From positions 1 to 64,000 of IMG/VR virus record IMGVR_UViG_3300045049_000070: a stretch of DNA of 64,000 nucleotides. One strand, 5' to 3'. The notes below the pieces were generated by a model. That model was not told where the DNA came from. It ran no database searches and saw only the letters and a list, made by a program, of their open reading frames with translations. A program made the position numbers and the translations under genes. This DNA comes from a virus. Below, piece after piece: positions 35,180 to 44,519 of the stretch (position 1 is its first letter; each line of letters starts with the position of its first letter).

Positions 35180-35877
35180 CTATGTATCAAAAACCATGGC
35201 CTCGTCAAATTAAGTGCTGCTTCTTAGAAGCAACGACTATAGAAGAACAACGTTTGCGCCGATATACCAACAACTATGGAGAGTGTCCCGATATCAATAA
35301 CAATGGTCTTCATCAAAACTGGGTTAAGATCGGTGAAATAGAAAACGATGGTCGTGACGAAGAGAAACGTCGTGAAGATCACAGCTTAGGCAACGGCGTA
35401 AATCACGATGTTGAACCGGGTCAAATTTACCCGGTTTCGTACGACGATCCACGATGGCCATCTCATTGCACTTGCGGATTCAAGTTTCCTGACGAGGTAG
35501 TACGTCAGTACTTCCCAGAGAGGATGTATCGCGTGCAAGGAACTGATACACTAGTTACGCTTCGTAACGCACCTGCCGGAGCAATGTGGTATGCTACTTG
35601 GCTCGAAAAGTACGATGCATATAAAGGACCGGATGGCAGATGTTTGATTGTCAAACTTCCAAATGGAAATGATTGGACGATCGATAGTCGAGCCTCCAAC
35701 TGCACATTGCCTAACGATACTGTTCACAAATGCTGGATACGTCATGGGACACCTCCGAACATAACCGTGGACAAAAACGGCTTCACGTGTGCTGCGGGTG
35801 CTGGATCGATTCTTAGTGGTCAGGGTGATCGTCATTATCATGGATTTCTCATAAATGGTGAGCTTCGAGAATGCTAG
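35176..35877 (+). CDS. hypothetical Cys/His-rich protein
   Basis: CW.RHG.PP.ITV...C..G.GSI...YHGFL.NG; start reassigned to 35176. Confidence 0.7.
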   Translation: MTMYQKPWPRQIKCCFLEATTIEEQRLRRYTNNYGECPDINNNGLHQNWVKIGEIENDGRDEEKRREDHSLGNGVNHDVEPGQIYPVSYDDPRWPSHCTCGFKFPDEVVRQYFPERMYRVQGTDTLVTLRNAPAGAMWYATWLEKYDAYKGPDGRCLIVKLPNGNDWTIDSRASNCTLPNDTVHKCWIRHGTPPNITVDKNGFTCAAGAGSILSGQGDRHYHGFLINGELREC

Positions 35878-35921
35878 AACTTGAAGATTCTTGAGGAATG
35901 GTTTCTTAGAGGAGTGTTGAA

Positions 35922-36686
35922 ATGCCGGTAGTGCCAACTGCCCCACCATCAAAACTTGAAGGTCAGGATCAGACACTAACAGATCTAACGATCATTGGTG
36001 TTCCACCTGAATTTCAGTCGCAGTGGCCTACTGTTCCTGCGTATCCTTCGAAGTTCAGCGATGAAGGCTTCCATGTATGGCAAGGCCTCCTGAACGATCA
36101 GTCGTTTACGCGTCTGATGACCACAACTGGGAGCAAGGATGCAGCATGGCACATGACTATTCATGAATGGCTGCATCGCTGTGAACTGGCAGTCATAAAA
36201 CCGTTTCCTGACAACACACCTACTGCCGGAACTGCTTTCGTTCACGAACAAGCGCGCCGTGGTCGTATATTTCTCGTAGACTACTGTAATGAAATCGGCT
36301 TGTTTGAGAAAGTCAAAGTCTGGTATCCTCATCGTGAGTATATACGGACCGACAATCGAATCATCATCTACAGTTGGGCACGGATGTTCCCAATTAGTGA
36401 TGTGACATTCCCAAATTGGCTTACAAGCTTGTCCATGCCTCGATTCATTAAGCACACTCGTGGTCGTATGGTCGCAACGATAAGACCGGGTGTACGGTTA
36501 TGGATTGACTGTTTGAATTTGAAGCGCATATCAGTTGGACAAGAAATAGACGTGACAGGCACGATCGATATTCCAGGCAATCCAGCTCCTACCCGACAAG
36601 AAGTGGACGAATTCTTGGACGCTCGCGTATGGTTACCAATAGTTCGTTCAATTCGTTTTGATTTTGTCACTAATCGCATCTTCTAA
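35922..36686 (+). CDS. hypothetical protein
   Basis: GAGGAG RBS; 254 aa. Confidence 0.8.
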   Translation: MPVVPTAPPSKLEGQDQTLTDLTIIGVPPEFQSQWPTVPAYPSKFSDEGFHVWQGLLNDQSFTRLMTTTGSKDAAWHMTIHEWLHRCELAVIKPFPDNTPTAGTAFVHEQARRGRIFLVDYCNEIGLFEKVKVWYPHREYIRTDNRIIIYSWARMFPISDVTFPNWLTSLSMPRFIKHTRGRMVATIRPGVRLWIDCLNLKRISVGQEIDVTGTIDIPGNPAPTRQEVDEFLDARVWLPIVRSIRFDFVTNRIF

Positions 36687-36741
36687 TCAGTAATTTGATT
36701 GGAAAATCCATAGACTGTAAATAAGGCCGTATAGGACCATC

Positions 36742-36984
36742 ATGATCGACAACCAGATCCTATCCATGACTGAAGAAGAGATAGATTCAGCAGTCGTTTC
36801 CATTGTCTCTCAGTTTGAGGATAATGAAAGGGATTTTCAACTCGCCAGCCAGATGTACAATAGTCTGTACTTCCGTGACGTTTCGCCAGCGTTGCGTAAA
36901 CGTGCGTGTTTGGGTCTAAGGGACCACTTCACAAATAGAACCAACAATTACTGGAACACGCAGGCTGAGAACCAATTCTTGTAA
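36742..36984 (+). CDS. hypothetical protein
   Basis: TAGGA RBS; preceded by both TAATTTGATT (36691) and CTGTAAAT (36715). Confidence 0.7.
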   Translation: MIDNQILSMTEEEIDSAVVSIVSQFEDNERDFQLASQMYNSLYFRDVSPALRKRACLGLRDHFTNRTNNYWNTQAENQFL

Positions 36985-36999
36985 TACTAGAAGATCGAC

Positions 37000-39900
37000 A
37001 TGCGACCATTAACAAACCTTCGTCCGAGAACCGAATTTCGTCTAGACGTCAAACAGTTGCGTTCAGGCTTTATCGGTATCTTTGACGCGAAGCTTGGATC
37101 TAAAAACGCGCTAGCAGACATCTACTACATGCTTGTAGCAGATGCGTTCTTGCCAGCCGTTCGTGATTTGCATCCAAATACGGATGAAGTCAAGAAAGTG
37201 ATGGCACCGAAAGACGGAATGTCCTCACTTCGTGACCGTGACCGCCATCGTGTGGTGAGATCGACTCTGCGTAAGAACAACGCGGCAAAACGTTTGGAGT
37301 TCCGAACACCACTCGCACAGCTGAATGCTGGTGCGATTGCCACTCGTCTTGGGATAAGCTATATTTTCGGCGTTAAACCAAACGAGGCAGGATATGTGGA
37401 AGGATTCGACAACACAGAAATGGTGGGCGGTCACATTATTTCTGGTAAGGATGTCGATTCACTGTTCAAAAACATACCTTCCAAGGCACGAGCGCTGTTC
37501 AAAGATTGCCTGCTTTCGCTAGAAGCTACTAAGGAAGGCAACGACGTCTGGCTTTGGGGTACGTTCATCATCACCCAACCAGAAGCAGAGTATCTTTGCA
37601 ACTGCAAGTGGGTTGAGCTGCGTCTAAGTGATATCTATCCCACATTGATCGACTGGACAGCCTCTGTATTCGGACGATACAGTCGTCTTCCAAAGACGAT
37701 CACTAAAGTGTCGATGATTGCCAACGAAGTTAAGGACGTGTTGGCTACTTCCGAGCCTGGAAAAGTCAAACCACGTACTGGCGTAAGCGGCATTGTTGCT
37801 GACATTAATGGCGACTACTATGTCATTCCAGAAGTAGATCAGAGCGCAGAATACGAACAGCTCCTGATGGAGTTTGGTCTACAAGAAGACGGTTCTTACT
37901 CCTGGAATCAAATCAAAAAGTTGGGTAAGGAGCAGCCAGCTGAAGGCCTCCCGCCAGAAGAAGATGAAGAAGGCGAAGGCGACGAGGGCGAGAACTATCG
38001 CGTAGGCGAAGAAAATATCAACGACCTGAATCCAGGACAACGGAAAAAACTTCCAGCCAATATGCCAATTTTTAGCGATTGGCTGAATGACAAGTTTGTC
38101 TACTCTAATACGGCTGGTAACCTTGCAGTATATGACCTAAGCGATACTGTTCCAGCAACTGCCTATCATTTCACACAATTCTTTGACACTAAGATCAAGG
38201 GTGGGGAAGGCCGCGAAGGTGGAATGGCTGCGTTCCTTAATCAGATGGTCAACGTGGCAGGTGGGTTTGACTCATCTATCTGGAACGAGTCGGTAGTTGC
38301 ATCAGACGCTAAAGTGCGTTCGTCACGTGATTTGATGAACGCAGTTGATCGTGTCGTGCCACACTCAGATATGAGAGCACGCTCGTTCGCTGATGCAATG
38401 TCACGAGCATTCCTGATTCAAAAAGTGTATGCTGGCGAGGGCGGAGCCGACGCTGTATATCAAGGCCGTGATAACATTCGCTACGAATATGTCAAGATAG
38501 AAGATCTTGTTCCAAATTCACAGTTCGATGCGTTCAAATTTGTTGGTCGCATTGTTACCAAAGCAGCTGAAGCCATTGAGAACAACATGGAGGTTCTCTA
38601 CAACAGAATGAGTGTGATGAGTGCACTCAAACTGTTGGCCGTTGCTCGCATGATGAAGGAAAGTGCTCCGGCTGCAAAACAGATACGTGAACTTGATACG
38701 AAGGAGCGTAACGCCTACATCAATCAAGGTGTTGACCCTACATACAAACCAGCACCTATTGCCAACATCAAAGAACTGAAGATCAACAAGAAGACTGGAG
38801 AAGTTGAATCTGGTCTGGTGTTCCAGCCACACCAAGCAAAGATCGACAACTTGATGCGTGAACACCCTAAGTGTGCTGCATATCCAGTCGACGCTGGTGG
38901 TGGGAAGACCATCCTTTTGATGACGAACATCCTGCGTGAAATGCAGGCAGGCGTTTGTAAGAGACCTATCATTGCATGCCCTTCTACGTTGGTCAACCAA
39001 TATGTAGAAGAAGCAGTGTTCGTAACAGAAGGCCGGGTTAACATCATTCCGGTGACGAATCAGACTGTACGCATGCACGGTCTTGAGACGATCGCTAAGA
39101 TGATTGAGCAGGCTCCCCCAAATACGATCGTTGTTACGGATTTCGATTTCGTCAAGGGCAAATCGAAGATCCTTAGCTACGGCAATCGTAGCATCATTAT
39201 GTGGAACAACGCGGAATGGCTGCGCCAGTTCGAGTTTGACCTGATGTGCGTTGATGAGTGCCATAAGCTAAAGAACATCAGTTCTGCCCGTCGTCAGGCA
39301 GTAGCTAGACTGATGCAAGACATACCGTATAAGCGTATTGCTAGCGGTACGTTGGTGGATGACACGTTGACCGATCTGGTTTCACAGATCGCCCTGATGG
39401 ATCCTACGATCTTTGGATCGCAGGAGAAATTCAAAGCAGACTATGGTGATGATGTCCGCGGCAATAAGGTTCTGAGCTGGAAGAAGGGTTCGCAAGAAGC
39501 CATTCAGCAAAAGATCCGTGACAACATGATTTGGGCGCAAGCACGCCGCAAAGAGTGGGCATCACTGTTGCCTCCAGCAAAAGAAGAGTTCTGGGCTGTT
39601 GATCTGTCAGAAAACCAGCGTCTTCTGTACGATTCAATCCTACAAGAAACGACTGACTTGATCGAAGAGGCAATGTCTAAAGACCCAGAGCTCAAGGAAG
39701 CTCTCGAGTCTGGTGACGAAACGCTGGCCGACGACCTTGAAGCAATGTTGCGTCCGTATTTGTCACGTTTGGAACGTTTCCTTTCAGCTCCAGAAGTTGA
39801 CGAGTTGGCACCTGTCTTTCTTAAGACAGAAGATGATAAGATCAGTCCAAAAGTACGTAAGATTCACGAGATCTGCCAAGAGCACCTTCGTAAGAAGCTT

Positions 39901-41769
39901 CCTGGTAAGATCGTAATCTTTACAAACTATAAGGCTAGCGCTGAAGCGGTGTTCAAATTCGCTCCTCCTGATCTCAGGAAGACGATGATTCATTATACGG
40001 CTGGCCGTAAGATGGAGTGTCGTGCAGAATTTGCCCGCAATCCAAACAAGATGATCATGGTAGGACAATCATCTTCGATGGACACAGGCATCAACTTCCA
40101 GGTAGCATCCCGTTTGATACGCATGGAAACCATATGGACACCGGGTCTGTTGGAACAAGGTAATGCACGCATCAATAGGCCTCAGTTGAAGAAGGCAGAA
40201 ATGCGCAACATGGTCTATTTCGATTGGATCATGGTGAACAGATCGATCGACATTACAAAAGTTGCTCGACTAACCGCCAAGATCATTTCGAAAGCCAAGT
40301 TTGATAATGCAGGACCCGGTGGTTTCCCGGACTATGCAGAACTGCCGGACATGCCAATCATCCCGATGAACATCGAGACGATTGCTGCTAAGAACGACTT
40401 CTTAACTGATCTTAAGGATTACCTGGATGCATATTCTGAGCTGAACGCGCCTGAGACTGGTGTTCGTGCACGTGACTATGCAGAATACAGAAGAGAGAAC
40501 GAAGGCAAGTTGCATCCTGTACCTGTTCCGCACGGAAAGTTGCTGCCCGGATCTAAGCTGATGTCGAGAGTTCCATACGTTCCAGGAATGGCATTGTACG
40601 GTACAGACCAACTTGGCTTGGTGCGTTATGATGAGTTCTGTAACATCGACCTTGATGAGTTTGAAACATCTGACGATGAATCTGAGGAAGGAGAAGACGC
40701 TCTCGGTAAAGACGAAGCGATTTCTGACCAAGATCCTAAAGCTGTCGAGAAGCGACGTCATTTAGCTGCTCTGGAACGCAGATGGGAAGCTGAGCGTGCT
40801 CTGGTCATGAATATGCCATGCCACACTGAGTATGGTGACGGCGTAATCATAGGACTTAAGAAGAAAGTTTGGATACGCTTCCCCTGGAGCGGTAAGATGT
40901 GGCGCATTCCGAAGTTGCAGGTGTTTGTGATTACACGAACTACCACCAATAACAAGGACATGCGTAAGGAACTGCTGAAAGCTGTTGGCGATATACCGAT
41001 TGACGCCCCTATCGAAGTGCCAGTTGAAGTAGGTAGACAAACCAACAAGATTCGCAAACAGATCGCGGAAAAGAAGGCTGTAAAAGAAGGTAAACGGCCG
41101 GTTAAAGAAGAGACTCCAGACGAAGAAACTGGAGCTAGCTTCCAGTTCGCTATCATCAACGATATGTTGGCTATCGAGTTTGATGCAGAAGCATCAAGTC
41201 CGGAAGCAGCGGCTGCCATGCAAAACTATGGGTTCAAGCTCAGTCCAGATTTCTGGATCGCGAGAATCAAAGGCCCAATAGTGATGGTCAACTTGTTCAA
41301 CAACTTGGCTGCCAAGGGTTTCACAGTCGACAAGAAGACGGGTGAACACCTGAAGCGCATCTATTTGGTGATCAAGAAGCAGAAGTCATTGATCAAGCAA
41401 GCCGGCTTTGCGACCAGTCTGGACATCACTCACTTTCTGCGTGAGACCGTCAAACCCTCAGCAGATCCTAAGCAAATGAAGGTCTACCCGATGGTTCGCG
41501 ATGGTTTGCTATACATGGTAATGCCTATCAAGGGTCAGTCTGCGAACGCCAAGGCCGTGAAAGTGCCTAGCCCTATGATTCAATGGAAGAAGGGTGGTGG
41601 TCAGTCAGAAATGCTGCGATTCTGCAAGAACAAAGCAGAAGCGTTGCAAGTGCTCCAACGTATCAAGGCTGACGGGATCAAAATCCTGAATGCTAAGGAG
41701 TTGGAGAAGCAATGGAAGACCATAAAAGTTGGAGGTAAGATTAAGCTTCCAAAAACTGAGAAAGAGTAA
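37000..41769 (+). CDS. large SNF2/SF2-family helicase/translocase
   Basis: DAGGGKT (Walker A), CPSTL, VDECH (DExH), ASGT, TGINFQ, EQGNARINR. Confidence 0.9.
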   Translation: MRPLTNLRPRTEFRLDVKQLRSGFIGIFDAKLGSKNALADIYYMLVADAFLPAVRDLHPNTDEVKKVMAPKDGMSSLRDRDRHRVVRSTLRKNNAAKRLEFRTPLAQLNAGAIATRLGISYIFGVKPNEAGYVEGFDNTEMVGGHIISGKDVDSLFKNIPSKARALFKDCLLSLEATKEGNDVWLWGTFIITQPEAEYLCNCKWVELRLSDIYPTLIDWTASVFGRYSRLPKTITKVSMIANEVKDVLATSEPGKVKPRTGVSGIVADINGDYYVIPEVDQSAEYEQLLMEFGLQEDGSYSWNQIKKLGKEQPAEGLPPEEDEEGEGDEGENYRVGEENINDLNPGQRKKLPANMPIFSDWLNDKFVYSNTAGNLAVYDLSDTVPATAYHFTQFFDTKIKGGEGREGGMAAFLNQMVNVAGGFDSSIWNESVVASDAKVRSSRDLMNAVDRVVPHSDMRARSFADAMSRAFLIQKVYAGEGGADAVYQGRDNIRYEYVKIEDLVPNSQFDAFKFVGRIVTKAAEAIENNMEVLYNRMSVMSALKLLAVARMMKESAPAAKQIRELDTKERNAYINQGVDPTYKPAPIANIKELKINKKTGEVESGLVFQPHQAKIDNLMREHPKCAAYPVDAGGGKTILLMTNILREMQAGVCKRPIIACPSTLVNQYVEEAVFVTEGRVNIIPVTNQTVRMHGLETIAKMIEQAPPNTIVVTDFDFVKGKSKILSYGNRSIIMWNNAEWLRQFEFDLMCVDECHKLKNISSARRQAVARLMQDIPYKRIASGTLVDDTLTDLVSQIALMDPTIFGSQEKFKADYGDDVRGNKVLSWKKGSQEAIQQKIRDNMIWAQARRKEWASLLPPAKEEFWAVDLSENQRLLYDSILQETTDLIEEAMSKDPELKEALESGDETLADDLEAMLRPYLSRLERFLSAPEVDELAPVFLKTEDDKISPKVRKIHEICQEHLRKKLPGKIVIFTNYKASAEAVFKFAPPDLRKTMIHYTAGRKMECRAEFARNPNKMIMVGQSSSMDTGINFQVASRLIRMETIWTPGLLEQGNARINRPQLKKAEMRNMVYFDWIMVNRSIDITKVARLTAKIISKAKFDNAGPGGFPDYAELPDMPIIPMNIETIAAKNDFLTDLKDYLDAYSELNAPETGVRARDYAEYRRENEGKLHPVPVPHGKLLPGSKLMSRVPYVPGMALYGTDQLGLVRYDEFCNIDLDEFETSDDESEEGEDALGKDEAISDQDPKAVEKRRHLAALERRWEAERALVMNMPCHTEYGDGVIIGLKKKVWIRFPWSGKMWRIPKLQVFVITRTTTNNKDMRKELLKAVGDIPIDAPIEVPVEVGRQTNKIRKQIAEKKAVKEGKRPVKEETPDEETGASFQFAIINDMLAIEFDAEASSPEAAAAMQNYGFKLSPDFWIARIKGPIVMVNLFNNLAAKGFTVDKKTGEHLKRIYLVIKKQKSLIKQAGFATSLDITHFLRETVKPSADPKQMKVYPMVRDGLLYMVMPIKGQSANAKAVKVPSPMIQWKKGGGQSEMLRFCKNKAEALQVLQRIKADGIKILNAKELEKQWKTIKVGGKIKLPKTEKE

Positions 41770-41777
41770 GTAAACAT

Positions 41778-41804
41778 GGGAGGGCTATAGCCCTCCCTCT
41801 TTTT
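41778..41804 (+). terminator. rho-independent terminator
   Basis: GGGAGGGC-TATA-GCCCTCCC-TCTTTTT. Confidence 0.8.
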
Positions 41805-41817
41805 AGAAGGAAATGTA

Positions 41818-42513
41818 ATGGAACAGCAAACAAAGTCAGTGCAAGATCTTACCCAAGACGATCTGTATGATATGATCAAACACTATTTGGCAAAGGTGGG
41901 GGCGATTCCACATGCTATAGTGCAATGGGACCATAACATTGAACGCATCTTCAAAGAACATTGCCATTTTGGTCTTGGTATCTCGCATCCGATTCTTGTG
42001 CCGCATAAATTGGAAGCATTCCATCCGAAACTTTTTGACGCGATGTTTGGGTCGGCACAAGGTGAAGTAACTACTTCTGCAGCGGCAGAAAATGTGGTAT
42101 CCTCAACGAGTTCGACAACTGGAGTTCAGACGCAAGAAAGTGCTCCAGCTGAACCGCAATTCAAGCAGCACGACAATGGCGATCTAAGTTTTGCTCTGAA
42201 GACTGGCGTTAACCAAGTAGTTCCTCCGACAACAGAAGAACAACTCGCTGTCCAAGTTACGGACAATACGGCAAAGGTTGCTAACGACCTAAGCACCGGA
42301 GACGTTGTAACTAAAGAAGTGTTGGAATCAGATAAGTCGGCAGATTCCCAGTCAGAAGCCGAAGCTACTGACGAAGAAAACGCAAAGATTGCGGCGACTA
42401 ACGCAGCGCCCGATCCGACTACAGCCCCAGTGCCGCCTGCCGTTACGCCTTCAGTAACTCCGGCCCCAACGCCTGCGCCTGCTACTGACGAGCCAAACAT
42501 CGAAGGTGCATGA
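41818..42513 (+). CDS. hypothetical protein with Pro/Ala/Thr-rich disordered tail
   Basis: AAGGA RBS; TPAPTPAPA tail. Confidence 0.75.
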   Translation: MEQQTKSVQDLTQDDLYDMIKHYLAKVGAIPHAIVQWDHNIERIFKEHCHFGLGISHPILVPHKLEAFHPKLFDAMFGSAQGEVTTSAAAENVVSSTSSTTGVQTQESAPAEPQFKQHDNGDLSFALKTGVNQVVPPTTEEQLAVQVTDNTAKVANDLSTGDVVTKEVLESDKSADSQSEAEATDEENAKIAATNAAPDPTTAPVPPAVTPSVTPAPTPAPATDEPNIEGA

Positions 42514-42514
42514 T

Positions 42515-42730
42515 GTGAAGAACCTGATTCGCGCACTAGTGTTATGTGCCCCACTGACCGGGTGTGCGGTCAGACTCGATTCCTGCCGCCCTAGCATCTC
42601 AGTCGACAGGGTAGACGAAATGCCAGACGGCGTTATCTCATTGAATCAATGTCAGTTCAATATCCAGCATCCGACGGCATGCATCGGAACCTTGTGGCTC
42701 AAACTTAAATGTAAAACGGAGAACTTGTAA
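42515..42730 (+). CDS. putative lipoprotein
   Basis: GTG start, MKNLIRALVLCAPLTG-C lipobox. Confidence 0.55.
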   Translation: MKNLIRALVLCAPLTGCAVRLDSCRPSISVDRVDEMPDGVISLNQCQFNIQHPTACIGTLWLKLKCKTENL

Positions 42731-43014
42731 TGAAATATCCTCGCCAAAATTACGCCAGCGTTCTAAGTGCGGCCTCTGGTGCGGCAAGTGCATGTCATTG
42801 CATCGGTCCACAAAACGGCCAACCTGTGTGCCCATGTGAAATGCGTGGCGTTGAGATCAGAAACGGACGCTATGTCCGTGTCACAGATCTTGGTGCTGTG
42901 CCAAGTGGTCTGGTAGGAATTCCTCGCGGAGAGGAACACAAATGCGGCAAATGCCAGACCTGTTATTTCCAGAAGCAAGAATGCGACTGGTGTCCAGGTC
43001 AGCAGACGTCGTAG
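42730..43014 (+). CDS. small Cys-rich protein
   Basis: CHCIGPQNGQPVCPCEM and CGKC..CDWC. Confidence 0.7.
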   Translation: MKYPRQNYASVLSAASGAASACHCIGPQNGQPVCPCEMRGVEIRNGRYVRVTDLGAVPSGLVGIPRGEEHKCGKCQTCYFQKQECDWCPGQQTS

Positions 43015-43025
43015 GGTTGTAAATT

Positions 43026-43051
43026 GAGGGGTCGCCATTTGGCGGCCCTTC
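43026..43051 (+). terminator. hairpin, terminator-like
   Basis: GAGGGGTCGCC-ATTT-GGCGGCCCTTC directly after TTGTAAAT. Confidence 0.5.
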
Positions 43052-43069
43052 TGCATTTGGGGATCAGAA

Positions 43070-43267
43070 ATGAATATCGTCATATTCAGTTTATGGCTCT
43101 TGGTATATCCGGCTGTAAACGAACATCCGCCAGTCGTAGTGGAGCGCTTCAAAAGCTTCCAAGACTGTGAAGAGTTTCGCAAGGAAGTGGATCCTTTGTC
43201 ACGCGGGTCGTCTTCTCAACCATTAAAGTGCATTCGTGCTACAGTCGCTCGTTATCATGAGCAATAA
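43070..43267 (+). CDS. small secreted/membrane-anchored protein
   Basis: Hydrophobic N-terminus; F.S...C...C pattern. Confidence 0.6.
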   Translation: MNIVIFSLWLLVYPAVNEHPPVVVERFKSFQDCEEFRKEVDPLSRGSSSQPLKCIRATVARYHEQ

Positions 43268-44075
43268 GTATAAGTACATACGTCCGGTTAGTGATCTGCA
43301 TGCAAATGCATTTCAGAGTAAACCAATACATGAAGTAGCGATATTCTTTGTTCCTCCGGATGATCGTGATTCAGAAACTATTCTAATACTGGCTGGTGAT
43401 ATCTCACACTACAGGGGTCAATTGTGTGATTTCTTCCAGATAATGGCAACACGATTCGCAGCCGTCATCTATGTTCCAGGAAACCATGAGTACTATGGAT
43501 CTGAAATGGATGAGTGGAATTCCACAGTGGAAAACACTATCAATTGCCTGTATGGAGTACACGCTTCATTGGGTGACGTACGATCGAAAGAGTTCTTTAC
43601 CGAAGATGGTCAGCCTCTAGTTCGCTTTATCAGTAGCACGTTCTGGGCTGATGGCGGCAAGACTATGGATGAGCATATCGTTGTCGCTAATAGTATGAAT
43701 GACTTTGTTCACATTCGCAAAGGTCATCGCAAGTTCACGGTTGGTGACATGATGACGCTGCATGCGCAACAAAAGAAGCAGACTGACGAACTATTAAGCA
43801 CACCGTGGGCAGGTAAGACAATAGTGGTAACCCATCACGTCCCATCGTACTCTTTGTGTCATCCAAGATTTCCTGTAGAAGGTAACGGTGGATTTGCAAG
43901 TGCATCGGATGACTTGATAGTTAAACACAAACCATGGCTATGGATCCATGGACATACGCACGATACTATCGACACAAAGATAGATGAGACTAGGATAGTT
44001 TGCAATCCACGAGGATACTTACGTGAGTGGAATACTAAGTACAATAAGTTCCCACAACTGTTCATAGAGATCTAA
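43257..44075 (+). CDS. calcineurin-like metallophosphoesterase
   Basis: SDLH, AGDI, GNHE, THH, HGHTH. Confidence 0.92.
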   Translation: MSNKYKYIRPVSDLHANAFQSKPIHEVAIFFVPPDDRDSETILILAGDISHYRGQLCDFFQIMATRFAAVIYVPGNHEYYGSEMDEWNSTVENTINCLYGVHASLGDVRSKEFFTEDGQPLVRFISSTFWADGGKTMDEHIVVANSMNDFVHIRKGHRKFTVGDMMTLHAQQKKQTDELLSTPWAGKTIVVTHHVPSYSLCHPRFPVEGNGGFASASDDLIVKHKPWLWIHGHTHDTIDTKIDETRIVCNPRGYLREWNTKYNKFPQLFIEI

Positions 44076-44076
44076 C

Positions 44077-44475
44077 ATGCAAAGAAGAGGTCTTCTTAAG
44101 ACGATTCCAGCACTTGGCGTTGCAGTCGTATTTCCTGCGTTAGCATTGACTACAGCAGTTCCGAATAAACTATCTTCATTAGATATAATGAATAGGAGAC
44201 GTCTCAATATCAAGATAGCGGAACGTATCTGTTGGGACGTAGGGTTTGTGACGGAAGCATATGGATGTAACGACCTTAACTCTAAAGAGGTACTGCGAAC
44301 GTTAGTATCACGGTACATGTCGGAATTAGAGAGAATACGCGCGATCGTTAAATGGAAATGCATCTGTGATGATACAAATAATCCGGTGTCAGTCATAGAC
44401 GCTAACAGAATAGGCATCCATGTTTGGTGGCAATATACAAATGATGATATGTCCTACCATTACATGCAGTCTTAA
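44077..44475 (+). CDS. Tat-like signal peptide plus tail-sheath C-terminal-like domain
   Basis: MQRRGLLK + hydrophobic stretch; NRRRL...CDDTNNPVSVIDANRI. Confidence 0.55.
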   Translation: MQRRGLLKTIPALGVAVVFPALALTTAVPNKLSSLDIMNRRRLNIKIAERICWDVGFVTEAYGCNDLNSKEVLRTLVSRYMSELERIRAIVKWKCICDDTNNPVSVIDANRIGIHVWWQYTNDDMSYHYMQS

Positions 44476-44519
44476 GCTGTAAATGTTTGCAGCAATATAA
44501 ATAACCCACGAGGTCCGGA

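Noticed and set aside
38518-39264. 248-aa minus-strand ORF
   Set aside because: Antisense shadow inside the SNF2 gene.
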